Assembly: GCA_963804165.1 (NCBI GenBank)
Contig: CAWDPO010000043.1
Coordinates: 256,001 to 320,000, forward strand
DNA from: an uncultured delta proteobacterium
GTDB lineage: Bacteria; Desulfobacterota; Binatia; UBA9968
DNA: 64,000 bases
Reading direction: 5' to 3'
How positions within the stretch are numbered: position 1 is the stretch's first letter; each line of letters starts with the position of its first letter. The notes beneath the pieces were generated by a model. It was not told where the DNA came from and did not search any database. It saw nothing but the letters and a program-made list of their open reading frames with translations. Below are positions 21,495 to 31,119 of the stretch, one piece after another. The translations under genes and the position numbers were made by a program.

Positions 21495-22642
21495 TTAGAG
21501 CGTCAGTTTACCTGCATACCCTGTCATCTCGACGTAGCCGTGACCCGATACCGGTTTATTTCCATACCATCCGTTGATCGAAACCGCACCCTCCCAGTAG
21601 GTCACCCGCGTGCTCCGGTTGGTGATCAGCTCTTGATCGGCAAACGCCGGTGTGATTTCCAACTCGACCTCCTCGGCTAGGGATCGTGACCTTCCATTTC
21701 ATAGGATAGCTTGCGTCACTTTTAGGACTCTTCCAACGATCTAAGACGTCGACACGGTAATCGCCAAGTGCCAGATGCGCGGTGGTTCCGTCTGCTTTCA
21801 CCAGTGTGCCGCTGGAAAAGCGGATCCACCGACCCGTCTTTGCGGCGCATGAGATAGAGCATCAATTCCGTCTGGTTATCGAGTTGAATGCTGAACCAGT
21901 CCCAGCCGACCTGGTCTTCGCGCAATTGGTTGCTGCCGAACTCGTGATCCATCCAACTGAGTCCGCGCACTTTCTCCTTCTTACCGTCAACTATCAAATC
22001 ACCTTCGGTCTGCATGCGCGTCAGCGAATAATAATAGGATGCTCTGCCCTCCCCTTCGCCTTTTTGACTCAAGCCGTTCTGACCGTGGAGCGTCGGCGCT
22101 TTGAATGACTTGAGAGAAAGCCGGAGTCCAGTTCCGCGGTCGTTGACCTGAATCGAATGAGTCTTCTCATCGCCTTCGACTTTCCAGTCTTCGTTCCAAA
22201 CCAAATAACGGTCCGTGGCTGCGCCCGCTTTGTTGCTGTAGCCGCGGTTGATGCGCTCGCGAAAGCGAAATTTCTTCGCGGCGATATCCGAGAGCGCAAA
22301 ATGCGCCATGTACAACTCGGTGAACAGGGCTGGCTCTTTTGTTTCCTTCTGCCGGTCGCGCACACCGAAACGAAAAAAAGTAACCTGATAACCGTATTTT
22401 TTGCCACTCTCGGTTTCTAAATGACCTGTGTAGTACCACCATTCGGTTTTGAAGTCGGGATGGGAATAGTGATCGGCGGGAAATGTCATTTTTCGTCCGG
22501 GCACGGCGAGTTTATAAGTGAAAGTGGAAGCGAGTTTCTGGCTCTCACCCCCCCCTCTCCCAGGACGGGAGAGGGTAAGAATTAGAAAAAGGGAAATCCA
22601 TGCACAAAGCAAAATTACCTTGAGATTATTGCCGCATTGCAT
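21495..22642 (-). CDS. Secreted AttH/CrtC-like lipocalin-fold protein (two frameshifts, near 21810 and 21675)
   Basis: FPADHYSHPDFKTEWWYYTG, YGYQVTFFR, ASYYYS, SWMDHEF, GWDWFSIQL, then WKSP..YP and TYWEG..GYVEMTGY in shifted frames; stop TAA at 21495. Confidence 0.88.
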
Positions 22643-22680
22643 GATTGCAGTATCTTTTCGACTAGTGTTATAGGGACGCT

Positions 22681-23512
22681 ATGAAAGAATATACGCGCGA
22701 AACACTCCTCACAACAGTTGCGGAGTTGCAAAGCAAGCTCGGCTCGTCGAATCTTTGCATTATTGACGTGCGCCCCGCGGAAGATTACGCCAAAGGCCAT
22801 ATTCCCGGCGCCACGCATTTCGATCTCTTCGGTCTGAGCTTGATCGATACCAGCGACGCGCCGCTCAAAGCTTTTATGTTTATGATCCATCATGTGCTCG
22901 AGTTGCGCGGGCGTGAGCGAATCGAAAGAAGTTGTTTTTTACGAAGACAATTCCGGCATGCGAGCGGCGCGCGGCCTGTGGTTTCTCGAATATTACGGGC
23001 ATCCGAACGTAAAGATGCTCGACGGCGGGTTTCAAGCCTGGAAAGCCGCCGGCGGGCCGGTTACGTCGGACGCGACGCCGCCCAAAGCCGCGACGTTTAG
23101 AATCAACGAACGCCGAGAGGTGCTAGCCACAGCGGATGACGTGCTCCAGTCGCTCGACAAGAATGAAAAGGCGATCCTCGATACGCGCAGCGAAGGCGAA
23201 TACTTGGGCACTCATGTGCGCGCCGTGCGCGGCGGCGCGATCCCCGGAGCGATACATATCGAATGGACCGACAACATCGCTCCCGACGGCAAATTCAAAT
23301 CCAACGACGACCTTAAAGCGATGTACGATAAAGCCGGTATCACGCCCGACAAGGAAGTGGTGTCCTACTGCCAGGGCGGTTATCGCGCCGCTCATAGCTA
23401 CGTCGCTTTGCGCTTGCTCGGTTTTCCGAAAGTCCGCAACTACATCGGCTCGTGGAAAGAGTGGGGCGACCGCACCGATCTGCCGATCGAAATTCCCAAG
23501 CCGTCGAAATGA
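22681..23512 (+). CDS. Tandem-domain sulfurtransferase (rhodanese, SseA-like), frameshift near 22910
   Basis: IDVRP..DYAKGHIPGA, LDGGFQAW, LDTRS..EY, GGAIPGA, YCQGGYRAA, YIGSWKEWG; extra G in the run at 22908-22911. Confidence 0.9.
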
Positions 23513-24478
23513 TTTCACCCGCGCGCATTTATTTTGTTCCGCTGATCGTGACGCTGTCAGTTTTGCCGTATACCAGGCTGACTGCAGCGGGTGATCTCCG
23601 AAAAGTAACGCTTCTCCTATTCCGCCGTGAGCATGACCTGGTTTCCCGTAAAAGTCGCGCTCGAAAACGGCTTCTTCCGCGACGAAGGTCTCGAACCGCA
23701 GCTGATACAAATGAACGGCAACGTGGCAACTGTGGCGCTCGCCAACGGGCACATCGATTTCTCGTTGAATATTTCGCCCGTGCTCAACGGCGCGATGCAG
23801 GGCCTGGGTACGAAACTCGTCGCTGCGCTGAATTCCCGCCCGCTGTTCGCGCTCGTGGTGCGCCCGGAGATCGCTTCGGCGGCTGATCTAAAAGGCAAGA
23901 TTTTCGCGGTAAGCTCCTTTGGCAACACCCAGGCGATCCTCACGGAAAAACATCTTCAGCACCTAGGTTTGAAAAAGGGCGAATACCAGTTGCTGGCGAT
24001 GGGCGCGACACCGGCGCGGATCGCCGCCATGGAGAAAAACATCGCGCAGGGTAGTTTGATGCCATTGCCTACCAACGTGCAGCTCGAGAACAAAGGCTAT
24101 CGCCTTCTCGGCAACACGGCGGAAATTGTAATCAACCCGATCGCCGGGCTCGGCGTCCACGAAGACACGATCAAGAAAGAACCCGACCTGATCAAGCGCG
24201 CGATCCGCGCGTCGCTGCGCAGCCTGCGACTCTTGCAAACAAACACCAAAGACACGGTTAAAATTTTGATGGCCTGGACCCGCGCCACGGAAAAAGACGC
24301 GCTCCGCTCGCTAGAGCTGGCCAAGCCGGGCTTCAGCAAGAACGGTTTTGTCACCGACGAGGATCTGAGCATCGAGTGGGGTTTCATTCAGCAACAGACC
24401 AAGAAGACCAACGTCCCGGTTTCCATCGCGCACGACATGAGTCTGCTGCGCGAAGCGCAGCGCGAGTTGGGAATGTGA
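23509..24478 (+). CDS. ABC-type substrate-binding protein (NMT1/TauA/SsuA family), frameshift near 23607
   Basis: ATG overlaps the rhodanese stop; signal peptide, ALENGFFRDEGLE, ADLKGK. Confidence 0.85.
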
Positions 24479-24514
24479 CGGCGAAAATGGCACTTCAACA
24501 CGTGCCCGCCGGTG

Positions 24515-24576
24515 CGTTCGTTCCAACGGTTTGAACGGACCCCGGACTCGATCCGGGGGGTTGAACGACTTGAACG
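24515..24576. repeat. TTGAAC(G) 9-nt-period palindromic repeat
   Basis: cgttcgttccaacggtttgaacgg ... ggttgaacgacttgaacg; same family at 34692-34730 and 50393-50524. Confidence 0.6.
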
Positions 24577-24615
24577 TAAAAATCAACTTCAATCAATGAG
24601 TAAAGGAGACAAATC

Positions 24616-25563
24616 ATGCGTACATTAGATCTTTTGGCCAGTGACTCATCGCACCTGCCGTTTCTCTATGTTTTCAAGGAATCCAAGGTGATGGAAAAGT
24701 ACGGCTATGAAATCGATCTGCATATTGTCGGCGGCGCCAAGGCGCCGACCATGGCGCACCGCGCCAAGCTCGCGCTCGCCGGCGAAATCGATTTCTTAAG
24801 CGGGCTCCATCATGAAACCTACCGCGAGCGCGCCAAAGGGGAAAAGCGCCTGACCTACCTGGCGCAGGCGCAGAACAATTGGGACGACCGGTTGGTGGCG
24901 CTGCCGGAAATCAAGAGTGTGGACGATCTAAAAGGCCGCAAGATTGTCTGCCACTCCAAGGCGCCCTGCGTCTCCGGCAATCTCCGCGCGGTGCTGGAAA
25001 CCTGCGGGCTCAAGCCCAACGAGATTAATATGGACGTGATCGACGACACATCTGGCAAATTCTTGGAGTTCGTCGACGAGATCACTTCAGGCAAAGCCGT
25101 CGCGGCGCTTGTCGATATGCCTTTCGATCTTTACGGCATCAAGAAAGGCTTGCATATCGTCGATCTGCCGGATCGCCCGGTGATTCACAACACGACACTC
25201 CTGGCGACCAGCGATTACATCAAAGCCAATGAGGAAACGGTGAACGCTTTCATCAAGGGCTTCATCGAAGCGCTGCATTTTTTCAAAACGAGACCGGCCG
25301 AAGTCGTGCCTATTTTGAAAAAAAATCTAGCCAAGCGCTTCGGTTTGGAAGACGACGAGTATTATGTTCATTTGCAGCGCGAATGGGCGAAGCTGCTCAA
25401 CAAAAAACCCTACCCGCTGCCGGCGGCGATCCAAAACGTCTACGATCTCGACGTCGGCAAAGATCCGAAGATGCGCGACATCGGTCCGATGGAACCGTGG
25501 GACCTGCACTATCTCAGAAAGATCGACGACAGCGGCTTTATCGATCGGCTCTACGCACAATAA
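24616..25563 (+). CDS. NMT1/THI5-type SBP-fold protein with no signal peptide
   Basis: GGAG RBS; IKSVDDLKGRKI, FIKGFIEALHFFKT, IDDSGFIDRLY; N-terminus is not hydrophobic. Confidence 0.8.
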   Translation: MRTLDLLASDSSHLPFLYVFKESKVMEKYGYEIDLHIVGGAKAPTMAHRAKLALAGEIDFLSGLHHETYRERAKGEKRLTYLAQAQNNWDDRLVALPEIKSVDDLKGRKIVCHSKAPCVSGNLRAVLETCGLKPNEINMDVIDDTSGKFLEFVDEITSGKAVAALVDMPFDLYGIKKGLHIVDLPDRPVIHNTTLLATSDYIKANEETVNAFIKGFIEALHFFKTRPAEVVPILKKNLAKRFGLEDDEYYVHLQREWAKLLNKKPYPLPAAIQNVYDLDVGKDPKMRDIGPMEPWDLHYLRKIDDSGFIDRLYAQ

Positions 25564-25568
25564 GAAGA

Positions 25569-26948
25569 ATGCCGACCCTCGATCTCCGCCACTTTCTCGG
25601 CCTGCTGCAAAAGAACGGCGAGTTGCTGAGCGTCAGCGACGAAGTCGACCTGCGTTATGAGCTGAGCGAATTTCTGCATCAAGCCGATCGCGCGCACGGG
25701 CCCGCCCTCATGTTCGAGAATATCAAGGGCCACTCGATGACAGTCGTCGGCAATCTCGTCGGCACGAAAAAGCGCTTGGCGCTCGCCTTCGGTCTGAGAA
25801 GCGAAGAGAAACTGCTGGAGACTTACCGTAGGAGACGCGGCGCGGTCGGCAAACCGCGGCGCGTCAAGGACGGGCCGGTGAAGGAGGTCGTCTTGCGAAC
25901 CAGCAAGCAAGTCGATCTAAATGCCCTGCCGATTCCGATCTACCATGAGGAAGACGCCGGCCCATATATCACCTGCGGCATACTCACCGCCAAAGATCCG
26001 CAGACGGGTGTAAGGAGCATGGGCTTGCATCGGCTCCAGGTAAAAGACAACCGGCGCTTAGGCATTCACCTGGCGAATCCGCCGATCTCGCGCTTCGCCG
26101 CCAAGGCGGAAGAAAACAATCAACCGCTCGACGTCGCGATCAGTCTGGGTGTCCATCCGATTCTCTTACTCGCCTCCATCGTCAGCTCGCCGACCGAGGA
26201 CAAAGTTGCGATCGCCGGCAGCTTGCTCGGCAGTCCGCTGGCACTCACTAAATGCGAGACTTCGGACGTCGACGTTCCGGCGCATGCTGAAATCGTTATC
26301 GAGGGAAAAGTATTACCTAAACTACGAGAGCCCGAAGGCCCGTTCGGCGAGACGTCGGGATACTATTTCAGCGATCAGAGTCATGTGATCGAAGTCACAG
26401 CGATCAGCCATCGCAAGAATCCGATACTCCAGTCTCTCCATCCGACGTCCCAGGAAGTCGCACTGCTCTGCGGACCCGCCGGAGAGGCGGAGATCGTGCA
26501 GATGCTGCGCGAAAAGGGATTTGCCGTCGAGGATCTGGCACTGAGCGCGGCCAGCGGCCGGACCCACGTCGCCGTGTCGCTGAAGAAACGTCACGACTCG
26601 GACCCGAAACAATTGCTGCACTTTTTGCTTGCCGGCGTTTCCTACATCAAGCATGGGGTCGTCGTGGACGACGATGTCAACGTGCAAGATCCGCGCGATG
26701 TCGATTGGGCGATCGCCACGCGCGTGCAAGGCGATGATGATCTCATCGTGATTCCAAACCTACGAGCCAGGAGCATCGATCCCTCCAAGAGGCAAGGTAT
26801 GTTCACCGCCAAGGTCGGCATCGACGCGACCGTGCCAATGAGTGAACGGCAGCGTTTCAAAAGGATCGGCGTGCCTTTGGAAGTGAAGCAAAGCGTGGCG
26901 ACGCGCGTGGCGGAGATCATGAGTTCGAACACCAAGATCAAAGATTAA
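25569..26948 (+). CDS. UbiD-family (prFMN-dependent) decarboxylase
   Basis: DLRHFLGLL..GEL, GPALMFENIKG, EEDAGPYIT, HR, AEIVIEG...EGPFGETSGYY, VVDDDVNV.D..DVDWAIATR, KVGIDAT; ATG at 25569. Confidence 0.93.
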   Translation: MPTLDLRHFLGLLQKNGELLSVSDEVDLRYELSEFLHQADRAHGPALMFENIKGHSMTVVGNLVGTKKRLALAFGLRSEEKLLETYRRRRGAVGKPRRVKDGPVKEVVLRTSKQVDLNALPIPIYHEEDAGPYITCGILTAKDPQTGVRSMGLHRLQVKDNRRLGIHLANPPISRFAAKAEENNQPLDVAISLGVHPILLLASIVSSPTEDKVAIAGSLLGSPLALTKCETSDVDVPAHAEIVIEGKVLPKLREPEGPFGETSGYYFSDQSHVIEVTAISHRKNPILQSLHPTSQEVALLCGPAGEAEIVQMLREKGFAVEDLALSAASGRTHVAVSLKKRHDSDPKQLLHFLLAGVSYIKHGVVVDDDVNVQDPRDVDWAIATRVQGDDDLIVIPNLRARSIDPSKRQGMFTAKVGIDATVPMSERQRFKRIGVPLEVKQSVATRVAEIMSSNTKIKD

Positions 26949-26955
26949 ATTCCAC

Positions 26956-27091
26956 CTAGCAGCTGCTGAAACCCCTCTCGGAGTCCTTCGACGCGGCTCA
27001 GGACGAACGGAGTGAATTTGAAATCGTTGATGAATTTCCGTTCATGCTGAGGGTCTCGAAGCATTCCGAGTCCTTTTCAGCAATCCACTAG
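26956..27091. mobile_element. MITE family A (about 135 bp, CTAG-bounded)
   Basis: Ends ctagcagctgctgaaa / ttttcagcaatccactag; internal hairpin ccttcgacgcggctcaggacgaacgg...ccgttcatgctgag. An inverted second copy lies at 33691-33822. Confidence 0.75.
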
Positions 27092-27320
27092 TCTGGCGTC
27101 TCAGAAGTTCATTTAAAAAGTCCAAACGATGGCAGTCGCTGAAGTTGAACTCAAATCCCCCTTTGTCCCCTTACTCTTGTCCCCAGTCCGTACACCCCTT
27201 TTTCAAAGGGGGAATTTTCTCCGTGCGATTCTCACCCCTCTTTGCCAAAGAGGGGAAGGGGAGATTTTCCGACGGAATGACGCGAGAATTATGTCGCGAA
27301 CTTCTGGGACAGGGTACTAG
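27088..27320. mobile_element. MITE family B (about 230 bp, CTAG-bounded)
   Basis: TIRs ctagtctggcgtctcagaagttc / gaacttctgggacagggtactag; internal hairpins cccctttttcaaagggg and cccctctttgccaaagagggg. Shares the CTAG at 27088-27091 with MITE A. Confidence 0.75.
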
Positions 27321-27492
27321 ATCATTGGCGCTTATCGCCGATGACCCGGGCGAGACTTGGGTGCATTGGATAATCTATGATTTGGCTACCGCGACCAAGC
27401 TCAAAGCGCGCGCGACGAAACAGCAACTGCTCGAAGCAATCAAAGGGCATAGCTCGGCCGAAGGCGAGCTTGTGGGACGCTACAAACGATAG
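27314..27492 (+). pseudogene. YbhB/YbcL (PEBP-like) gene remnant
   Basis: TRSLALIADDP.ETWVHWIIYDL is joined directly to C-terminal ATKQQLLEAIKGH..AEGELVGRYKR. The N-terminus and the central GPCPP/HRY block are absent. Confidence 0.8.
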
Positions 27493-27529
27493 GTTGCGCG
27501 CTCGCGGCCATCGCTTCACTCGGCAATGA

Positions 27530-28579
27530 TTATCTGACTTCGATAATGAGCGGACCGCTGCGATTCGGTTGCGGCCGTAGCATCTCCGAACGGTTGTCGC
27601 TGAAGACCATTGGCTCGCCAACCGGCCAGAGATACAAATCGTGTGAGTTGCCTTCCGAGTCGCGGAAAGTTTCGGCAATTTTCGGCTGCCAGTCGCCCAT
27701 GTCGAAAGTGTAAGACACGATCCTCGCCTCGGGCTTGAGCTGCCGCATCAGTTGCGGCCGAACTGCAAGGTTGCCGTCGTAGGAAAGATATAACGTCACC
27801 ACCGACGCCGGGGATAAATCCGCCGTGAGGAAGTCTTGTTGACGGATTTCCACTAGTTTGTCCACTCCGGCGCGCCGCGCATTTTCCCGCGCTAACTTCG
27901 CCAGTCCCGGATCTATCTCGAAACCTACGGCATGGACGCCGTATTTCTTTGCCGCGGCAATCAGGATCCGTCCGTCGCCCGATCCCAAATCGTAAACCAC
28001 GTCGCCTTTTTTTACTCTCGCAAGAGCGAGCATTCGCTCGACGACTTCCTGCGGAGTCGGATCGAACGGCGCCACTTGATCGGGGCCGCGAGTTCGCGTT
28101 TCGTTGGAGGAATCGTCGGCGTAGGGGCGCTCAGCCTGTATGACGCCCGGTGCGACCTGCGTGATGACCGTGCTGCCGAAACCGTCAGTGACATCGACAA
28201 TCACCACCCCGGGACGGTGGTGAAAAAAGCGTCGGCGATGCGGCTGATGCGGCGGTTTGCTCAAGATGAACGGCGACGGTTGGTTTGCTTTCGGTGACGG
28301 CCCAAGCACTGCGCCCTTGTGCTGGGACTGTTGCGTCGGGGCATGAGGAAGCGCGGTTGCCGGTGGGTTTTGAGCCGAAAAGTTCGGGCTCGCAAAATTT
28401 GGCCTCGATGTCGTGAAGCCTTGCGGTGCCGACGGCGCTTGAGGCGCCGAAATAACCGGTCCTGCGCCTTGGCCGGATGTGCCTTGACGTCCTCCCGCTC
28501 CCGCGAAACCACGCATGCCTTGAGCTTGGGCGACACTCGCGCTCAAGAGTAAGATCAAGATAAGAGCCACCGGTTTCAT
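27530..28579 (-). CDS. Class I SAM-dependent methyltransferase with signal peptide and long P/Q/G-rich linker
   Basis: GGAGG RBS, MKPVALILILLLSASVAQAQ, then APFDPTPQEVVERML..VVYDLGSGDGRI..GFEID..SVVTLYL..IVSYTFDMGDWQP. Confidence 0.88.
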   Translation of the reverse strand: MKPVALILILLLSASVAQAQGMRGFAGAGGRQGTSGQGAGPVISAPQAPSAPQGFTTSRPNFASPNFSAQNPPATALPHAPTQQSQHKGAVLGPSPKANQPSPFILSKPPHQPHRRRFFHHRPGVVIVDVTDGFGSTVITQVAPGVIQAERPYADDSSNETRTRGPDQVAPFDPTPQEVVERMLALARVKKGDVVYDLGSGDGRILIAAAKKYGVHAVGFEIDPGLAKLARENARRAGVDKLVEIRQQDFLTADLSPASVVTLYLSYDGNLAVRPQLMRQLKPEARIVSYTFDMGDWQPKIAETFRDSEGNSHDLYLWPVGEPMVFSDNRSEMLRPQPNRSGPLIIEVR

Positions 28580-28635
28580 AACGCCTCCTAGTGAGGCCAT
28601 GATGATAGGAAGTTCAAAGACACTAATCAACTCTC

Positions 28636-29907
28636 TCACGAGACGCCAAGATCGCGCACGACCGGCGCACGCCAGGCCACCAAGCCGGCCATCAATATCA
28701 CTGCGATCCCCATGTAGCTCACCGTCGCCGGGGCGCCGATCCAGTGGGCGCTGAATCCAGCCGTCAGAGCGCCGATCGGCATCAAGCCGCGGTCGAGCGC
28801 ATAGATGCTCATCACGCGTCCACGCAAATGATCCGGCACGATCACCTGGAGCATGGTATTGGTCGTCGCCATATAAAATATCTGAAATGCGCCGATGGTC
28901 ACCAACGACAAGACCGCCAAAGGAAAGGAGGTCGTCCAAGCAAACATATTCATGGCGACCCCCAGCGCCGCCAAACTCGCGAGCATCAAGACACCCTGGC
29001 GTCGGACGCGATTGGCCAGCCCGGCCAGCAGCAGCCCCGCCAACATCGCCCCCAATCCCGGCGCCGCGAGCATGATTCCCAAGCCTTCCGGCCCCACCTT
29101 GAGCACGTCTTTTTGAAAAACCGGCATCAACGTTTGATACGGCATCGCACAGATGCGCGGCACAAGCGCGGCGGTGAGCAGCGCGAACACCGTGGGGTTG
29201 GACCAGATGTAGAGCAGACCTTCTTTCAGGTTCGCCAGCGCCGACGAACGCACGGCCTCCGTCGGCGCCGGCGGGATAACCATCCAATGGATCGAGATCA
29301 ATACGGCGGCATACGCCGCGCCCTGAACGAAAAAATTTCCCGCGGCGCCGAATGCCACGATCAGCAACCCGCCGATCGAGGGACCGATGACCTTGGTCAT
29401 ATTGAAAGCGGCCGAGTTGAGCGCCACGGCGTTGATCAAATCCTCCTTGGGCACGAGCGTCGGCACCATGCTCTGACGCACCGGGTCGGTGAACGCCCAC
29501 GCAATCGCCGTGATCAAGGTGAAGGCGAATAGGTGCCAGACCGTCCCTATGCCCACGGCGACGAGCACGCCCATTCCCAAGGTCGCCGTCATCAACACGT
29601 ACTGTGCAGCCGTGAGAATTTTTTTGCGGTCGGCGCGATCTGCGACGACACCAGCGATCGGGCTGGCGATCAAAAAAGGCAGAGCCCGCAAACCATTGAG
29701 CGCGCCGAGCAGCACGGCAGAGCCGGTCAGATCGTAAAGCAACCAGCCCAGGGTTACCTGCTGGATCCATTGTCCGGCGCTCATGAATACGGTACCGAAC
29801 CAGAGGTAGCGGTAGTTGGCGTGGCGCAATGAGGAAAAAGTTTTGCCGAGTATGCTTTGGGTCACGGTTGCTGTCTCGGCCGGTTCGAGAGTCACTGGAT
29901 CTTTCAA
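28636..29907 (-). CDS. MFS transporter (DHA3/H+ antiporter-like)
   Basis: About 12 TM segments; FSSLRHANYRYLW, GVVADRADRKK, NAVALNS..FN...VIGP, VPDHLRGRVMSIY. Start position uncertain. Confidence 0.9.
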   Translation of the reverse strand: MKDPVTLEPAETATVTQSILGKTFSSLRHANYRYLWFGTVFMSAGQWIQQVTLGWLLYDLTGSAVLLGALNGLRALPFLIASPIAGVVADRADRKKILTAAQYVLMTATLGMGVLVAVGIGTVWHLFAFTLITAIAWAFTDPVRQSMVPTLVPKEDLINAVALNSAAFNMTKVIGPSIGGLLIVAFGAAGNFFVQGAAYAAVLISIHWMVIPPAPTEAVRSSALANLKEGLLYIWSNPTVFALLTAALVPRICAMPYQTLMPVFQKDVLKVGPEGLGIMLAAPGLGAMLAGLLLAGLANRVRRQGVLMLASLAALGVAMNMFAWTTSFPLAVLSLVTIGAFQIFYMATTNTMLQVIVPDHLRGRVMSIYALDRGLMPIGALTAGFSAHWIGAPATVSYMGIAVILMAGLVAWRAPVVRDLGVS

Positions 29908-30164
29908 CGAGGGAACTTTCTTTCTTGCGGGGCTCGTCCACATGCGCATGAGCCAGCGCACGGCGCGCGGCAGAATTCGTGGGCGCGATCGACAATTGAT
30001 TTGACGCTACCAGATAGCAGTTGCCGTCGTCTACTAAAGCGCGGCCAATGAAGTGTTTGTTTCATTCGATGCCCGTCATGGAAGGCCCGGGCGCGCACGG
30101 AAACGTGCCAGTGGGGAACGCGTCGAACGCTGAGACCAAACGGACTAATTCAGGTCAGAGTTTA

Positions 30165-30953
30165 CTAGTTGGATCTAGCGGCGAGAGCTGCATCATCGGC
30201 GCGGATATAACCCGGCGGGTTGCCGTGCTTTGAGCGGATCTCTAACCAATCGCCGACCGAGCGCACCACTGTCACCTGAGTTCCCTTGGCGATCTGATTC
30301 ACTATCCGGGCAGAGCCCGCCGGCTCCTCGTAAACCGAGGTCGCCCGCATCGTCTCATAGAGTCCCGGTTCGGCGGCCCGGCGCGCGCGCGGAGAAGAAG
30401 CCGAGGCGGACGCAAGCGGCGGATCAGGCGCACGCGGCGCCGTGCGTTGCGCCGTGGCTCCGCGGTTCGACGCCGAGCGGTCAATCTCGCGATTGGCGCC
30501 GCTCAACCGCGCCCGCGCCGTATTCAAGTCCTTTTCGCTCTCTTGCAATTTCGCCTTGAGCTCTTCGATCTGTCCCGTGCTGTTCTGATGTTCTTGGCGT
30601 AGTTGCGCCAGCTGCGCTTCGAGCGTCTGGATTCTTTCGTCTTTCTCCTGGAGCCCCCTTTGCTGCTCGGCCAAAACCGGCCCTAAGTCACTCCGTTCCA
30701 GGTTTCCGCCGACCAGATACACACCGAGCGCAAAAACGAGCAATCCAAAAACCAAGATCGCCTTCGATTTGACCGTAAGTTTTTCCTTCTCGGCAGGGAC
30801 AGGATGCAGCGCCGTATCTTCATCCTGCTTCGGCCATTCGGGCTCGCTCGACTGGATCAGATCTGACTTGCAGTACGGACAGATCAAAGCATCCAGCGCA
30901 ATGCTATTGGCGCAGTGCGGACAGAGTCGAGTTTGAATGGTTGCGTACGCCAT
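30165..30953 (-). CDS. Zinc-ribbon, TM, coiled-coil, SH3b-domain protein
   Basis: CPHC..CPYC, one TM helix, heptad coiled coil, C-terminal SVYEEP...IAKGTQVTVVRSVGDWLEI...GYI. Confidence 0.8.
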   Translation of the reverse strand: MAYATIQTRLCPHCANSIALDALICPYCKSDLIQSSEPEWPKQDEDTALHPVPAEKEKLTVKSKAILVFGLLVFALGVYLVGGNLERSDLGPVLAEQQRGLQEKDERIQTLEAQLAQLRQEHQNSTGQIEELKAKLQESEKDLNTARARLSGANREIDRSASNRGATAQRTAPRAPDPPLASASASSPRARRAAEPGLYETMRATSVYEEPAGSARIVNQIAKGTQVTVVRSVGDWLEIRSKHGNPPGYIRADDAALAARSN

Positions 30954-30996
30954 TACTAAGGTTCCGCCATTTGGCTAACGTCGCCCGAGTGTCCCT

Positions 30997-31097
30997 ATTC
31001 TGAATGCAATGAAACCACCGGTCAAGCCTGTTGATAACTTAGACGTTTGGGTTAGAGATTTTTAGCGCCTTGCCCGGGAAAAACCCTTGAGCTATAG
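30997..31097. promoter_or_regulatory. Divergent sigma70-like promoter pair
   Basis: Minus strand TTGACC-17-CAGAAT; plus strand TTGCCC-17-TATAGA. Confidence 0.4.
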
Positions 31098-31119
31098 AAC
31101 GAATGGAGGATTTACAAGC

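Noticed and set aside
27129-27320. Small ORFs over MITEs (also 57469-57753, 60347-60668, 6639-6896)
   Set aside because: They are translations of repeat or MITE sequence.
27530-29995. 821-aa ORF as one protein
   Set aside because: The upstream 470 aa is an alternative frame over the MFS gene; the real gene starts at 28579 with an RBS and signal peptide.
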